A DNA stretch of 64,000 bases. It comes from the human T2T-CHM13v2.0 reference genome, Homo sapiens. The translations under genes and the position numbers were made by a program. The stretch lies in the NCBI RefSeq assembly GCF_009914755.1, contig NC_060925.1; one strand, 5' to 3'. The notes under the pieces are model-generated. The model worked only from the letters and a program-made list of their open reading frames with translations, made no database searches and was not told the origin of the DNA. Shown here in pieces: positions 39,956-55,705 of this stretch (positions are counted from its first letter, which is position 1; the number at the start of each line of letters is the position of its first letter).

Positions 39956-41671
39956 TAGGTGAGTGAGTGAGAGGTGGAATGAATGCAATATGAGGAGATG
40001 CAAAGAACAAGTGGGATTCAGGCTTTGGGGAGAGAAGAGGCAGTGGAGGGCACTTTTCAGATCACTGTGCCAATAATACCAGGTGTTACTGGCAGACCAT
40101 CCCCAGTTGGAGACTATCCCCAGTTTGGCTTGCCTCAGAGCAAGGCGGCAAGTGGCTGCCGACTCAGTGGATGTTACGAAAAAGGTGGGGGAAGACCTCT
40201 GGGGAGTCCTCAATCAGGCTGAAGCTGTGCTCACAGCCCCTGAGGCACAGAGGCCCTCCCCCTTCACCTGTGGAGCAGCCAGAACAAGGGCAGTGGAGGA
40301 AATGGGGAGCCAAGTTACAATGGACTAAGAATGAGACCTTTACATTCAAAGAGGTTACCCACCACCCCCACCCTTAGCCAGGTGTGTTCCAGGACTTGTT
40401 GCTTCCCCAAAGGGGCTGGCTCTACTCTATTCATTCCTTCCTGCTCCCCATGCCAACAACCAGTATCTGCAGGACTCCAGCCAGAAAGAGGGCTGCAGCC
40501 CCCTCGCACAGAATCAAGCCAAGCGAACTGGCCTGATGCGCTTCAACTTTTCCACAGCAGCAGACTCAGCTGCCTACTGTTCTGATCAAAGCCTTGTGTC
40601 AATCTGGTGCCCCAGCTTCTTCTCCTAAGCACGTCAGAGGAAGCCAGCCTGCCTTCCCAGGCTATTAGGAGAGTCAGAGCTGTAATCAATTTGGTTAAAT
40701 GAAAAATGTGGTGTCGCTGGCTACAGCCTTAATGTTCTTTTAATTCATCAGGACCAGTAGTGTCTGGGTTACAAACCTAATCAAGAGCTCAACATCCCTC
40801 TTGCTTATTCCCCCAGGCTTCAGGAGCTGGAAGAGGAAAGAATGGAAAAGACATCCACCCCCTCCACACCCAGCCTATTATTAGATACTTTGCTTTTCAA
40901 CTGTTCATCATTGTAGAAAGATGAGCCTCTAGTATCTTAGACCAGCATCACTCAATTGCATGCACATGCAGGGCCATCAGGGCAATCCCTCTGCTTCCAC
41001 ACAAGGTCATTTTGAACCCACAAAAGGTGGGGGAGAGCTATCTAACACTGAGCGTTTTTCAGGAAGAAAGTCTACAACTCCCTCAATTACATTGTTTTAC
41101 CACTTTCTGCTGAATAGTGTGCTTCCTGGTGGCTTCATTTTCTGTTTTTTTCTAGGGAGGAGAGAGAAGAGAGCAGGGAGCTGCTGCATCGTGCCCCTGT
41201 CACAGCTTTCCCTGGGGACTGAAAGCCCCTGTACTTTTCCTGCCTGCCACCCACCTTCTGCTTAAAGAATTCCCTTTTTGTCCATCCTTGATCATAGGTC
41301 TACTAGCACTTGCACTACCTCACACTTGGATTGTTTCCCTGATGTTCTGGTCAGGCCTTCATCCCTGCAAACTTGTTCCAAGCCCTGCTGTCATAGTTAG
41401 AGCAAACAGAAATGAGCTGGGACAGGAGAGAGAGTCTTCATCACCGCTGACCTAGCCAGCTCCCATTTCCTGCTTTCTCTTGATACACACAGAAACAAAC
41501 ACCCCTTCAGAAAGCTGTTGTTCTTGCCCTCCCACCCCCTGCACATACCCGTATTATTCTTCCAGAGCAGTTTGTATTGTTCCTGACAATTAAGCAAACA
41601 ATGACTAAACTCTCCTCTGAAACACGCCTGCTTTACTGGTTGTAACTGAGTAAATGGTTCTTTAAAACTTA

Positions 41672-41975
41672 CAGCTGGGCAAAGTGGCTCACGCCTATAA
41701 GTCTAGCCCTTTGGGAAGCTGAGGCGGGCAGATCGCGAGGCCAGGAGTTTGAGACCATCCTGGCCAACATGGTGAAACCCCACCTCTACTAAAAATACAA
41801 AAATTAGCCAGGTGTGGTGGTGGGTGCCTGTAATCCCAGCTACTCAGGAGGCTGAGGCAGGAGAATCACTTGAAACCAGAAGGCGGAGGTTGCAGTGAGC
41901 CGAGATCATGCCACTGTACTCCAGCCTGGGCAACAAGAGTGAAACTCCGTCTCAAAAAAAAAAAAAAAAAAAAAA
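41672..41975 (+). mobile_element. AluS-type
   Basis: Full dimer with poly-A. Confidence 0.95.
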
Positions 41976-42085
41976 TTACATGCAATTCCTATCACTAAAG
42001 GTCTTGGTTTTCTTCTTTTAATCTAATTTTGTAGACATACCAAGCTTAAATATACTTTAACTTTTATTTAAATTACCCTATACTA

Positions 42086-42199
42086 CCTATACTCTAGCTC
42101 CACTGAGCTATTTTCATTTCCCTAAGCCACATGATAGTAGCTACCTATTTTGCTAAGGCCCTGCTCAGTGTTTATAACCATTATACTACTTACTCTTCA
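42086..42199. repeat. Left arm of a 114-bp non-Alu inverted duplication
   Basis: Reverse complement of 44749-44862, ungapped. 76/80 identical in the core and 103/114 overall (hand alignment). Confidence 0.92.
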
Positions 42200-42212
42200 A
42201 TAATATATGTCT

Positions 42213-42510
42213 GGCCAGGTGTAGTGGCTCACGCCTGTAATCCCAGCACTTTGGGAGGCTGAAGCAAGCAGATCACCTGAGGTCAGGAGTTCGAGATCAG
42301 CCTGGCCAATATGGTGAAACCTCGTCTCTACTAGAAATACAAAAATTAGCCAGGCATGGTGACAGGCGCCTGTAATCCCAACTACTCGGGAGGCTGAGGC
42401 AGGAGAATCCTTGTGCCCGGGAGGCAGAGGCTGCAGAGAGCTGAGATTGTGCCACTGCACTCCAGCCTGGACAACAAGAGTGAAACTCCATCTCAAAAAA
42501 ATAATAATAA
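42213..42510 (+). mobile_element. AluSx-type
   Basis: Full dimer with near-TSD AATAA(T/C)ATAT. Confidence 0.95.
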
Positions 42511-42569
42511 CATATTTCATTCTACAGTCAACTTTTAGATATCCCATAATATACTTTTTTTAAATTCTT

Positions 42570-42583
42570 TTCTTTATTTTACT

Positions 42584-42622
<39 letters not shown>

Positions 42623-42902
42623 TTTTGAGATGGGGGTCTTGCTCTGTCACCCAGTTTGAAGTGCAGTGGCACAATCAGGGCTCACTGCAGCCTTGAGGCT
42701 CAAGTGATCTTCCTGCCTCAGCCTCCCTAGTAACTGGAACTACAGGTGTGCACCACCATGCCCCATTAATTTTTTAATTCTGTGTAGAGATAGGGTCTCT
42801 CTATGTTGCCCAGGCTGGTTTTGAATTCCCAGACTCAAGCGATCCTCCCGTCTCGGCCTCCTAAAGTGCTGGGATTACAAGCGTGAGCCACTGAGCCTGA
42901 CC
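42570..42902 (-). mobile_element. AluJ-type with (TTTA)n tail
   Basis: Reverse Alu preceded by (TTTA)n. Confidence 0.9.
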
Positions 42903-43972
42903 TCAGAATGCTTTCAATACAGAAGACATGAACTGATCAGATGTGGGGAAAGAAATCAAACATAAGCAAAATAAAGATAAATATAACTATCATATATCAT
43001 ATAATCTACATGATATCTTAGGTTTTAATAAAAAAGAAAAACCCTAGTCTTCCAACCGGCAGTGAAGGCCAACTCTTCGAAAAAGCTGATTAAGTGGACT
43101 ATAATTATTTCTTCTCTATGCAATGAACAAAATAAAAACAAATAACTCTGAGCTCAGATAAAATGTTTAAATACAACAGAATGGGGCAGACAGAGGACTA
43201 CTGGATCTATAACATTATACTCCTAGAGGGGAAGCTTTTTAAAGTTTTCAAGACCATATCTGGCATGTGGAAGAAAGTCACTAGGATGCAAATAATAATC
43301 ACAGAATTTTATCAGATCCCAGGAACTAAAGAATGTCATGAGGACCTTGTCTTTTCATATAGTAACAATGATTGTTTTTCCTTCTCAAAGGAAATATCAA
43401 CCTACAACACCAGAGCAGACCCTTCTTCCTTCTGCAATGAAGTACCAGTCACAGTTTTATGTCCCAGGTAAGTTTCGCTGAGCCTCAGTTTTCCCCCTCT
43501 CATAGAAGAGAAGGTTCTTCTGAGGTGCTCACCTTCCGGAATGTGAAGAGCAAATGGCTCAGACTACTAATCACACAAGGGCAGGATGTCTCTTCTTACC
43601 AGAAGGCAACTGTAGGCTTTGAAGCTACCCATCATGGGGGAGATGAAAAGCAAGTCAGTTGAAACATTTTCTGAATAATTAACCCTGGTGCTTTAATATC
43701 CGTGTGTCCATTAAAACTCTCCATAAATTGGAGTTGTATCTCAGAACTGCCCTTGGGATGTGCCCTAGCTGTGGAAGGCAAGCACCAAAGCACAAGAAGC
43801 CACAGCAGAGACATGTGGGAAAGAAGCTCTAGGACTGATACGGTCCTTTCTTCAGTATCCCAAGTCCATCTGCCACTCTTCTCTGTAGCTCAGGAGCAAA
43901 TCTGGAACAAGTCTCTTAAGCTTCATATTTGTCCATGTACCCATCACCTATCCAGTCAATAACATTTACCAC

Positions 43973-44331
<359 letters not shown>

Positions 44332-44439
44332 TTATCTGTCAGGAGCCCTGCAGGGAGCGGGCAACGTGGAGGGGAACACTTAAATACTTCAAGGATTTCA
44401 CAGCCTCCTTGATGCAGGGAGTGAGAAACATGTACCAAA

Positions 44440-45030
44440 AGAAAAGTATAAGATGCTGTGGGAACCAGAGAGAGAGCCACTAACTCAACCTGGTAGGAAG
44501 TCAAGAAATAACGGCAGGCTTCCCTGATGAAATAACCTTTCAGCTACCACCAGAGGAAAGACTGGTTTTCTAGGTAGGCAATGAAGAGAATGGCATCCCA
44601 GGCAAAGACAGCAGTAGTGGATAAAAGTATACAGTGCACTCATTGAAGAGCTTAAGCACTGGAGTCAGAAAGCTATGTGACTACTCTAACGCCTCAGTTT
44701 CCTTATTTGTTAAATGAAGACTTCACCACCTACTTTGAGGGATTGTTGTGAAAATTAAATAGTATAATGGTTCTAAACAGCAAGCAGGGCCTTAACAAAA
44801 TAGGTAGCTTCTATTATGTGGCTTAGGGAAATGTAAATAGCTCAGTGGAGCTAGAGTATAGGATAGGTTTGGGGAGGAGGGAAAGATCAGAGGCAAAGGC
44901 AAGCTCATGACAGATTCTGTAGACCAACTGTTTGGATTTTCTTCAGAAGGTAATGGAAACCATTGAAGGAATCTAAGTATGGGAGCAACTTGATCCATTT
45001 TATGCTTTTAGAAAAACCACTCACAGCTGG
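44440..45030. mobile_element. L2 fragment interrupted by a MIR (~44640-44800)
   Basis: L2 motifs GGCTTCCCTGA, GCATCCCAGGCA, GGAAACCATTGAAGG. MIR core GCCTCAGTTTCCTTATTTGTTAAATG...GATTGTTGTGAAAATTAAAT. Confidence 0.6.
44749..44862. repeat. Right arm (probable source copy) of the 114-bp inverted duplication
   Basis: Reverse complement of 42086-42199. Sits in continuous MIR/L2 context on both sides. Confidence 0.92.
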
Positions 45031-45548
45031 AGTTGGGTTAGAGGGCCTGTAAGTTCCCTTCCTTTGCTGACTTCTGAAAGGAGGCTGCATACTACATACT
45101 GCCGTGCTCACCACTTTGGATTCTGGAGACAGACTTCCTGAGTTCCAATCTCGGCTCACCTCTCAGAGGCCATGAGTTAGTGACTTCATTTCATAGCAGC
45201 ATGGTGAGAGTCAGCTTAGGTTATCTGATATCTAGGACAGTACCTGATGCTCAGTCAGTGCTCAGTGCGTATTGAGTATTACAGTAACTGTTATTATTTC
45301 TGGCTCCAGAAGACCAGCAAGCCTAATGATGATTCTCTACATTGTTTGCTCCAGAGAGGTTGAGTGACTTTCCCAAGGAAGCCCAGTGAGTCTAGAAGCC
45401 ATGGGATAGCTGCCTACCTCCTCATACTGTCTAGGGCCTGGCTGGAGAAAAGTTCAAAAAGGAGGATTGAACACCCTTTGTTAGATCCTGTTCCTACCAC
45501 CCTAACCCCTGGCCACAGAACATTGATTGCACATGGTCTCATTTCTAG

Positions 45549-46034
<486 letters not shown>

Positions 46035-46589
46035 TAATGCCGTGGTTTCCTTTCCCTAGTCAGGCCAGGCACCTTAAGAGTTTCCACACATTTGCTTATG
46101 CAGTTCCCCATCACTAAGGTCTTCTTGTATGGATTTGCTTTGGTTGCCAGGAATGCAATATACCTAGCCTCAGTCCCAACTGAGGTGGCTTTGCTGATGG
46201 TGGGTGGAGGAGTTGAGAGCTGAGTACCATGGTAGAGCTGCCATCCACACCCCAGCAGGCCCCTGAGGGCAGGGTCCCTGCCTACAGACCTGAGTGTCTG
46301 CCCTCTGGGGCAGCAGGTACCGTAGCCTTAAAGAGGCAGCTGAAATGCATTTGTGACTTCAGTGAATTACCCAAACCAGTTTAGGAAAAAAAGAATGTTC
46401 ACTCAGTTCTCTAAAAGAAGGCTTATATAAGCCTCACTCAACTACCGGTGGGAGAAAAACCACAGCCTTTAAGGGCATCCATCAGCAGCTATGTTGGGGA
46501 GTCGTTAGGAATGGTTTACTGCTTTGCGGAACCACACATCTGAGAGGCGGCTCAAGGGTACTCAGCGGCCTTCCATCTTGTTTATAGGG

Positions 46590-46800
46590 CTCAGCCTCAG
46601 GAGCCAGACTGTCTGGGTGCATCCTGGCTGTCTATGTACCAGCTGAATGGCCTTCAGTCTTAACCTCGCTGAAGCCCAATTTCCTCATCTGTAAAATGGG
46701 CATGATAGTATCAATCTCATTGGGATGTTGTGAAGATTAAATGAGTTAATATATGCAAGGGATCCAGAGCCTGGAACGTACTAAGTGCTGTGTTAGCTTT
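46590..46800. mobile_element. MIR SINE
   Basis: TTTCCTCATCTGTAAAATGGG...GTTGTGAAGATTAAATGAG. Confidence 0.75.
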
Positions 46801-47569
46801 TATTATTTCTCACCATGAAGTGTGCTAATGTGAAATGCCTTCTTCCTCAGCTTGCCCTAGATGTACATCTTGTTCTGGCTACACAGAAGTCACTGAAGGT
46901 ACAGAGCACAGACTCCTGGGACCTCTTCCCTAGTTCTTCTCCATTCACACAAAGAGTTGCCTCAGTATTCAAGGGAACCACTGAGCTAAAGCCTGTCCCT
47001 AGTCAGAGAACCATTACTGGAACAATTTGCAGCCAATGCCCCTGACTTACCTTAGGTGGTGCTTTAGGGAGCTGCAGTCAAACCAAACTTATGAGGGGAG
47101 GGGCAGATAAGGACAGAGTACCCCTGGGGACCTTGTAAACCAGTCTTGTTTTAAACATGCCAAGGCTCCATCTTCGGCAAAGCCACATGGCCAGTTTGGC
47201 AATAACCTTATTTCAAGTGTCAACTCAAATCAAATTTTCACCTTTCCTAAGCCTTGCTCTTTCTTCTCTAGCTCCATCACAATGTGCACGCACACTGGAA
47301 CAAGAAACTTGAAACATTATTTTACATAGTTTCCTTCTATATTAAATTTCAAGCTCCTTGGGTATAGTGCAGTGTCCCCGTTCTATACAAATCTACAAAG
47401 CCTAGTAGGTGGTTAGTATGCTAGGCACATAACTGGGATCATCACTGGCTTAGGGATTGGCTCCACCTCAGGTAGAATGAGAATCCAAAGCCTGATCTTC
47501 AGTCTTAGGTCTACAGCCCAGTCCAGCCTGGGCAATAGCAAGACTCCATCACTAAAAAGATAAAAATTA

Positions 47570-47740
47570 GACTGGGCATGGTGGCTCACACCTGTAATCC
47601 CAGGACTTTTGGAGGCTGAGGCAAGAGGATAGCTTGAGCCCAAGAGTTAAAGACCAGCCTGGGCAACATAGTGAGACCTTATCTCTATTTTTAAAAAAAC
47701 AGAAAAAAAGAGTAAAAACTAAAAAAAAAAAAAAAAAAAC
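47570..47740 (+). mobile_element. Alu left monomer (FLAM/AluJ-like), preceded by a short Alu fragment (~47523-47560)
   Basis: Single arm followed by an A-rich tail. Confidence 0.8.
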
Positions 47741-48156
47741 ATTAAATCTCCAACCTAATCTTCCAAACAGCAAGCAGGTTAGATATACACAATGAACTGA
47801 AGAATTTTGTGAGGGGCAAAACATTGCAGAAGATTAGATCCTGATGTCTAACTTCAGGGCAGGTCACAGACCAGAAACGGAATGGAGAGTGGCCTTAGGT
47901 ATTCAAGTCTTTCCACCACCGCTTTCCCTCCCGTGGAACTAGAAGGGGAAGCAGCTCAATCCTGGTCCTCTGCTGCCCTCTTCTGTTGCTTATTAGAAGC
48001 TCCTCCTGGCTTGTCCCGAAGGGCCTGGAAAACAGCCACTTCCTCTCCAACATCCCATCCCACCTGCCCCACCCTATGGTTTCAGTATATTAGGGGATTG
48101 ATATTACAAGCAAGAAAGATAACTGTGATTGCCATTAGTTCAGACTGGGCTACTAA

Positions 48157-48502
<346 letters not shown>

Positions 48503-48741
48503 AGCCTTCCTTTTAAGAACGCTGGAGTTGCCCCCACATCCAAGGATCTGGCAGATATGGAGCATGCTCCTTATTTTGAACTCTAAAGCTAACAAGTTAT
48601 CCTATAGAGGCAGATCTTTTTTTTAAGCTTACAAGTGAGGGCACAATTTTGCATCAAAATTCCAGCCTTCCACCCTCACCCACAGGGAAATATTACCTCA
48701 TGTGTTACAAGGATTAAATAACATATGTAAAGCCCTAATAA

Positions 48742-49049
<308 letters not shown>

Positions 49050-49076
49050 GCCATAAGAACAATATCTGGTAGTTAG

Positions 49077-49707
<631 letters not shown>

Positions 49708-51277
49708 TGTTTTGTTTTTTAAACTCATAGATGTGATAGAGGTCATAGTATTAAAAGGACATGGGATTGGAGTCTGGCTCAGCTACTGGCCACAAGCCTT
49801 ATGCAACTTCTGCCCATATCCCAGTTTAAGTCACACCTCCTCCACAACTGATTCCTCGGTGCTCAGTCTATAGGCCATCTAGCAAAGGAGATAATGATAC
49901 CTTCCTATGTCCGCTTCCCTGAGGACCTCATCATTCTGGACTCATAAAAAGCCTTCAGTAATAATACATGCCAATTCTGTCCTCCACCCTTGTCCAGTGA
50001 AGGTGGCTCTGGGGTAAGGAATTAACAGTGAAGTTTCCGATCAGCACACTTTGGCCCTCTGTCCAGGGCCGCCTTTCCTTGTGGTCATCACTTAAATTGT
50101 AATGCCTATACCAAGAGCACCTCGACTCTTCCCATTTTCCCTTTGATCTATACATAAACCTATCCCATGACCAAAGTTTAGAGGAGGAGGTATGCAAAGA
50201 CCCAAAGGTTTTCTCCGCTATTAAGGGCTGGCGACTTACAACCCCTAATAATCTTAACTGAAGATTAGTACCTAAACTCAGTGTCATGTTTTTCCCTCCT
50301 TCTGACCAATAGGACCAGCCATCAATATGGCAAGAGGATACATGGCCCTTATGGAAACCGAATGGTGCTATCTGGTGGCCAAGCTGAAGTGGCAGCCAGA
50401 GTTGCCCTAAGTTTAGCCGTGGCTCAAAGGACACATACTGAATGAAATCAATGGGAACGATGTTGAGGTAAGTGCTTGCATATTCAGTCACACTGCCTTA
50501 TTCTCTCTTCTAACTCCCCTCTGCTTAACTGGACATTCTTTTCCTTGATTCAGTAAGACCTGCTTTAGTTGTTCACTCTTGCTCCTTGAAGGGTTTGAGT
50601 GGAGTGTGAGGTGGTATGGAAATGAAGAGGGCACAGAAACAGGCTGTGGGCACTCATGTCCACCATGTCCTCTGCTAATCTCCTAAGGCATGCCAAAGTC
50701 CAGAAGCCTGTGCCCAGGATCTGCCTCTTGTGAAATTGCCTAATGTACAGAGGTATCTGTGAAACACACCATGTTAAGGACCATGGGTTCTTGGTCTCAA
50801 GAGGGAAAAGGAAACTAATCATTGAGGCATTTTGGTCATTTGAGGGTGGCCACTTCAAGGCTAAACATGGCTGCTAGATTTCAAGACATCTCTAAAAAAT
50901 AAAAGTACTCCACAAACAGGGCTATAAAAAAAAATAAGTGATCTATCAGTGACTGGAGGTTAAACCCTAAGTCACATTTGCCCACTCTATTCCCTGCTGG
51001 CTGGAAGTAAGAGGAAATGTGGGGACAGCAACAGAGATGAAGCAGGTTCACCAATTCCAGGACCAATATTCTTAGTTCTTTGAGACATGTAGAATGTCCT
51101 GGACAAGGAACTAGCAAAGCAACCAGACCAAGAGCTCCTCCTTACAATAAGGCTAAGGCCCAGATCAGGGATAAGGCCCGCATATTATTCCAAAGCCCAC
51201 CTCTCCTAAGGACGGGCTTAGTGAAGTGTTGCTTCATCTATTTAGTTTCCATGCCTGTGACATAGTAACAGTGACTA

Positions 51278-51712
<435 letters not shown>

Positions 51713-51765
51713 AGAAAGTCTTGCAAGAGGCAGACCAAGTGATTTAAAAACAGACACTCTCTTGC

Positions 51766-52083
51766 ATGTAATGCCAGCACTTTGGGAGGCCAATGCAGGA
51801 TGATCCCCCAATGAGCACAGGAGTTTGAGACCGGCCTGGACAACATAGTGAGACCCCATCTCTACAAAAAAACTTTTTTAAAAATTAGCCAGGCTTGGTG
51901 GCCCACACCTGTAGTCCCAGCTACCTGGAAGGCTGAGGTGGGAGGACCGCTTGAAGCACGGGAGGTGGAAGCTGCATTGAGCTATGATCACGCCACTGTA
52001 CTCCAAACTATGTGAAAGAGCAAGACCTTGTCTCAAAAAAACAAAAACAAAACCAAAAACCACACACACACACACACACACAA
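51766..52083 (+). mobile_element. AluJ-type (5'-truncated) followed by (CA)n
   Basis: Alu body, then a CAAAA-type tail, then a CA repeat. Confidence 0.88.
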
Positions 52084-52408
52084 CCAGATACTAATACACT
52101 CTTAAGCAACTTCGACCAACCTATGCTCTCCCTCTACATTCCTTCTGTAAAATATACTCGTGGTCTCGGCCTGCCGAGCACCTGTGGCCTGCTCTCACCA
52201 AGTAGTATTTGTTCCTAATCATATACTAGGTCAAATTGTTATAGTAACTATGTTTTGACTATTACATAAACCAATGAAATGAGTGTGTAAAGAGTTTTTA
52301 TAAAAACCAGATTGAGTTAGTTGTAAAACTGTCTATTTAGGTGGGTAAAATTCTTACAAAAGATTGGAGAAAATGATAAGTATTTAGAATTCTAAAATCA
52401 AATTCCTA

Positions 52409-52685
<277 letters not shown>

Positions 52686-52818
52686 TCAAATTTCTTTTGT
52701 TGTTCAAATTCTTTATGCATTTTAAAGAAGCTCAATCAAGCTCACATCATAGATAATGCATTATGGCTATTATGAATGAAGGCCCTCATCCCCAAACTAA
52801 TTTTTCTCAATTTTAGTG

Positions 52819-52824
52819 TTTATT
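52819..52824 (-). terminator. KDM5B: Candidate distal polyadenylation signal AATAAA
   Basis: TTTATT on the + strand. Confidence 0.45.
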
Positions 52825-52934
52825 AAATGGATATACATATTTATGATTTAGGTTAAATATATCTTTCTCATCCAATAATTTAACTTTTTTATTAACTGTT
52901 GAACTACTTGTCCTGATCATACACAGAAGGGGCT

Positions 52935-52966
<32 letters not shown>

Positions 52967-53109
52967 CACAGCAGAATCACAGTCAGTGAGAACGTATTGG
53001 CAAGGGCAGAAAGGAAGCATGGTTTGAAACCGCACTCTTCTCCAACTTCTAGCTAGGTAAGTTTGCCAGGAGCTAAAAGTTTTGGTGTTTAGAGGGGTGC
53101 CTTTGGACA

Positions 53110-53115
53110 TTTATT
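53110..53115 (-). terminator. KDM5B: Candidate distal polyadenylation signal AATAAA
   Basis: TTTATT on the + strand. Confidence 0.45.
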
Positions 53116-55699
53116 TTAAATAGAGAAAATAACTTTTGTTTCCTCGGAAAGGCAACTTTTTAATTTCTCAATTTTCCCATCCAAGGGGAGGCAGAAACAA
53201 TGTTCTTTGGCCTCCACTCACCTGGAACAGGTCAAATGACCTCACCATTCCATTCCTCTACTGCAATGCAGCCGGTTATCCTGAAAATAAGAAACACACC
53301 CAAACTCACCACTTTCTAGCCCTTCATCCTTGCAAAATTAACCCAGAACACAAACAGGGAGCTGGATTATCTGTTCTGTTGTTGACTGGTTTTAAATGTT
53401 CCATTTATACTGATAAAAACGTAAGGTGTATTCCTATGTAAGCAATATTGAAACATGAAAAACTTGTTCACATAAATTTGAAGGGAGAAGTGAAAATATA
53501 CACTTTACAAATTGATTCTTTACATCTTGAAGATGGATTTACAACAGTATTACTTTATACAAATTCCTACTTTATACAATTTTTTGTTTAGGCAGCTTTT
53601 CAGTAACATTTCTATAATAAGTTACACATGAAGCCTCCCAAAAGAAAGCTGAGAAGCTTAAAATAGCCACATGCAAAGGATTGATGACAGAGGGGCAAAG
53701 AGGGCGAAGCCATCACACTGCTGCTTCATAGTCACTAGGAGTTGAGGGACCCTGACCCTCATACATAGCTCAATAAAGGCCGACACTGGGATCTTCATTG
53801 CTTTCCTCAGCTTGTCTTCCCAAGAAGCAATGTTTCATCAGAAGGGATTGGGTTTTCGCCAGCACTATGGCAAGGAAAGACTATTTTAATATAGGCTGAC
53901 ACTAGCATGGACTAGTATGTAGTTAGTCTGATAATGAATAACCAGCTCTGGCTTAATGCTTTACAATGGGCAATGACTCTTAAAATCCTTGTTGTCCAAT
54001 TCTGTCTCCTGTTACAGGTATATAGCATCTGGAATCCATTCCGGTATGTGCCATATGGCAAGAAACATAGGCAAGACTGAGCCCAGAAAAACACCCATGG
54101 GTACTAAATACCAATCAATACCTGCTCCAAGCCAGAAGCAGGTCTTAACAGACTGCCAAATATCCATCAAGATTTTTTAAGTGAAATACAAAGAGGCAGA
54201 AACCCATTACAAAGGGCCTTCAGAGTACAACCCAAATCGGTAGAGAGCCATGTTTCACCCTCTTCCAGGTAGAGATCTACTCTATTCTTAGGCTAATCTT
54301 GCACTAATACCCAAAGGGCCATGTTGCTTTTGATGGTGGGTATAATGGCAAATCAGGTGCATTTCAGACACTTCTGCCAAAATATCCAAAGCCTCATTTT
54401 CTTAAGCTCTTCACTGGAGAATGAAGCAGGGAAATTCAGGTTTTTAACAACCTCCATCACCACAAGTGGCATCTCTCCTTTAGGTTAACTTAAGATAGAA
54501 AAATGAATCCCACCTCCTAGGATACTGAAACGAAGCTGTAAAGAAGTCAACTTCCTTTACATAGTCCAAATTACATAACCTTTCTCCAGGATAGAGGCTA
54601 CATATAATCAAGCCCTTTATTCTATATAAGAAATCCCCCAAAGTCTAATCTGGAAGGAAAAACAAAAAACAAACAGTATTCATTTAGGTGAGGTGGAAGG
54701 CACACCTCATCTACCCTTTCTTTCTTTACCCACTGACCCTCCTTCTGGTTCAGGCTCTAACTTAACACAGTCCCTTCCCCTCTCCCACCTCACAAAGCTG
54801 CAGGACTACTGAGATGGAAACTGAAGTGTCAGTTTCCATGTGCATTTTATCATTTTCCCCTACAAGTTCAGAGGTTTCTCTGGTACAGGCCAGCTTCACA
54901 GCTAACACACAATGAAACATGGTTTTTAGATCACATCAGTCTGTAGTCATTTTAGGGATACAACAAAGGCATAAACTGGAAAGTAAACGTTATCTGTGTT
55001 CATTAGTAGTGTGATGGTGTACAAGGTAGGAGGAATACTGTAGGAAAACTGGAAGATAAAACCCAGGCTTTGTTATTTACTAGTAGTACAGTGTAGCTTT
55101 GGGCAACTGACATTCTCTTTAAATTCAGCATCATCACACATAAAATGATCAGTGGTTCTCATCCAGGGAGGGAGTGGTTCAAATACACACATGCCTACCT
55201 TTTCTAACTCACTCAGAGATACAAAGATCTGACTTCCTCAAAGATGCTATTGTCAGGGACTGTGTACCACCACCCACAGGTGAAGAAGAAAAACTAGTGG
55301 GGATGGGGGTAGGGGTTGTGTTTACTAAGATGGCAAAAGCTCTCTAAAGGCAGTGGCTTTATATTAGCAGCAGGGTCTCCTTTTAAGCTTAATTTCTCAA
55401 TGGAAGGTGAGGACTGGGACAGTTGGCATCCTATCTCAAAGTCGGGGGTGATGGAGGGGATTCTAAGAATTTGAATACTAACAAGGCCAAACCACGATGA
55501 TTCCAAATTGTACTCTGGAGACTATTCTTCTCTATTGGCCCCAGAACCACCATCAGACGAAGAGAAACATCACAACAACTGCAGAAAACTGCAGACAACT
55601 AGAAGTCATTCTTAAAGAGATTTAATTATTTGAAGTGCATAAAAGGGGAGGGTACATTTAAACCTCTGCTATATCACAAACTGCTGTTTTTGTTGTTGT

Positions 55700-55705
55700 T
55701 TTATT
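55700..55705 (-). terminator. KDM5B: Polyadenylation signal AATAAA (probable major proximal site)
   Basis: TTTATT on the + strand. A GU-rich GTTTGTG follows about 25 nt downstream on the transcript. Confidence 0.65.

Larger units (their letters stand above)
52800..55679 (-). other. KDM5B: Probable extended (distal) 3' UTR of KDM5B
   Basis: Alu-free, U-rich unique sequence continuing from the proximal UTR to distal AATAAA signals. The exact end is inferred. Confidence 0.5.

Noticed and set aside
46419-46434. Perfect 16-bp palindrome AGGCTTATATAAGCCT with a TATA core
   Set aside because: About one perfect 16-bp palindrome is expected by chance in 64 kb, and there is no other promoter evidence.
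49955-50491. 178-aa minus-strand ORF in unique sequence
   Set aside because: GTG start, no recognisable domain and atypical composition.
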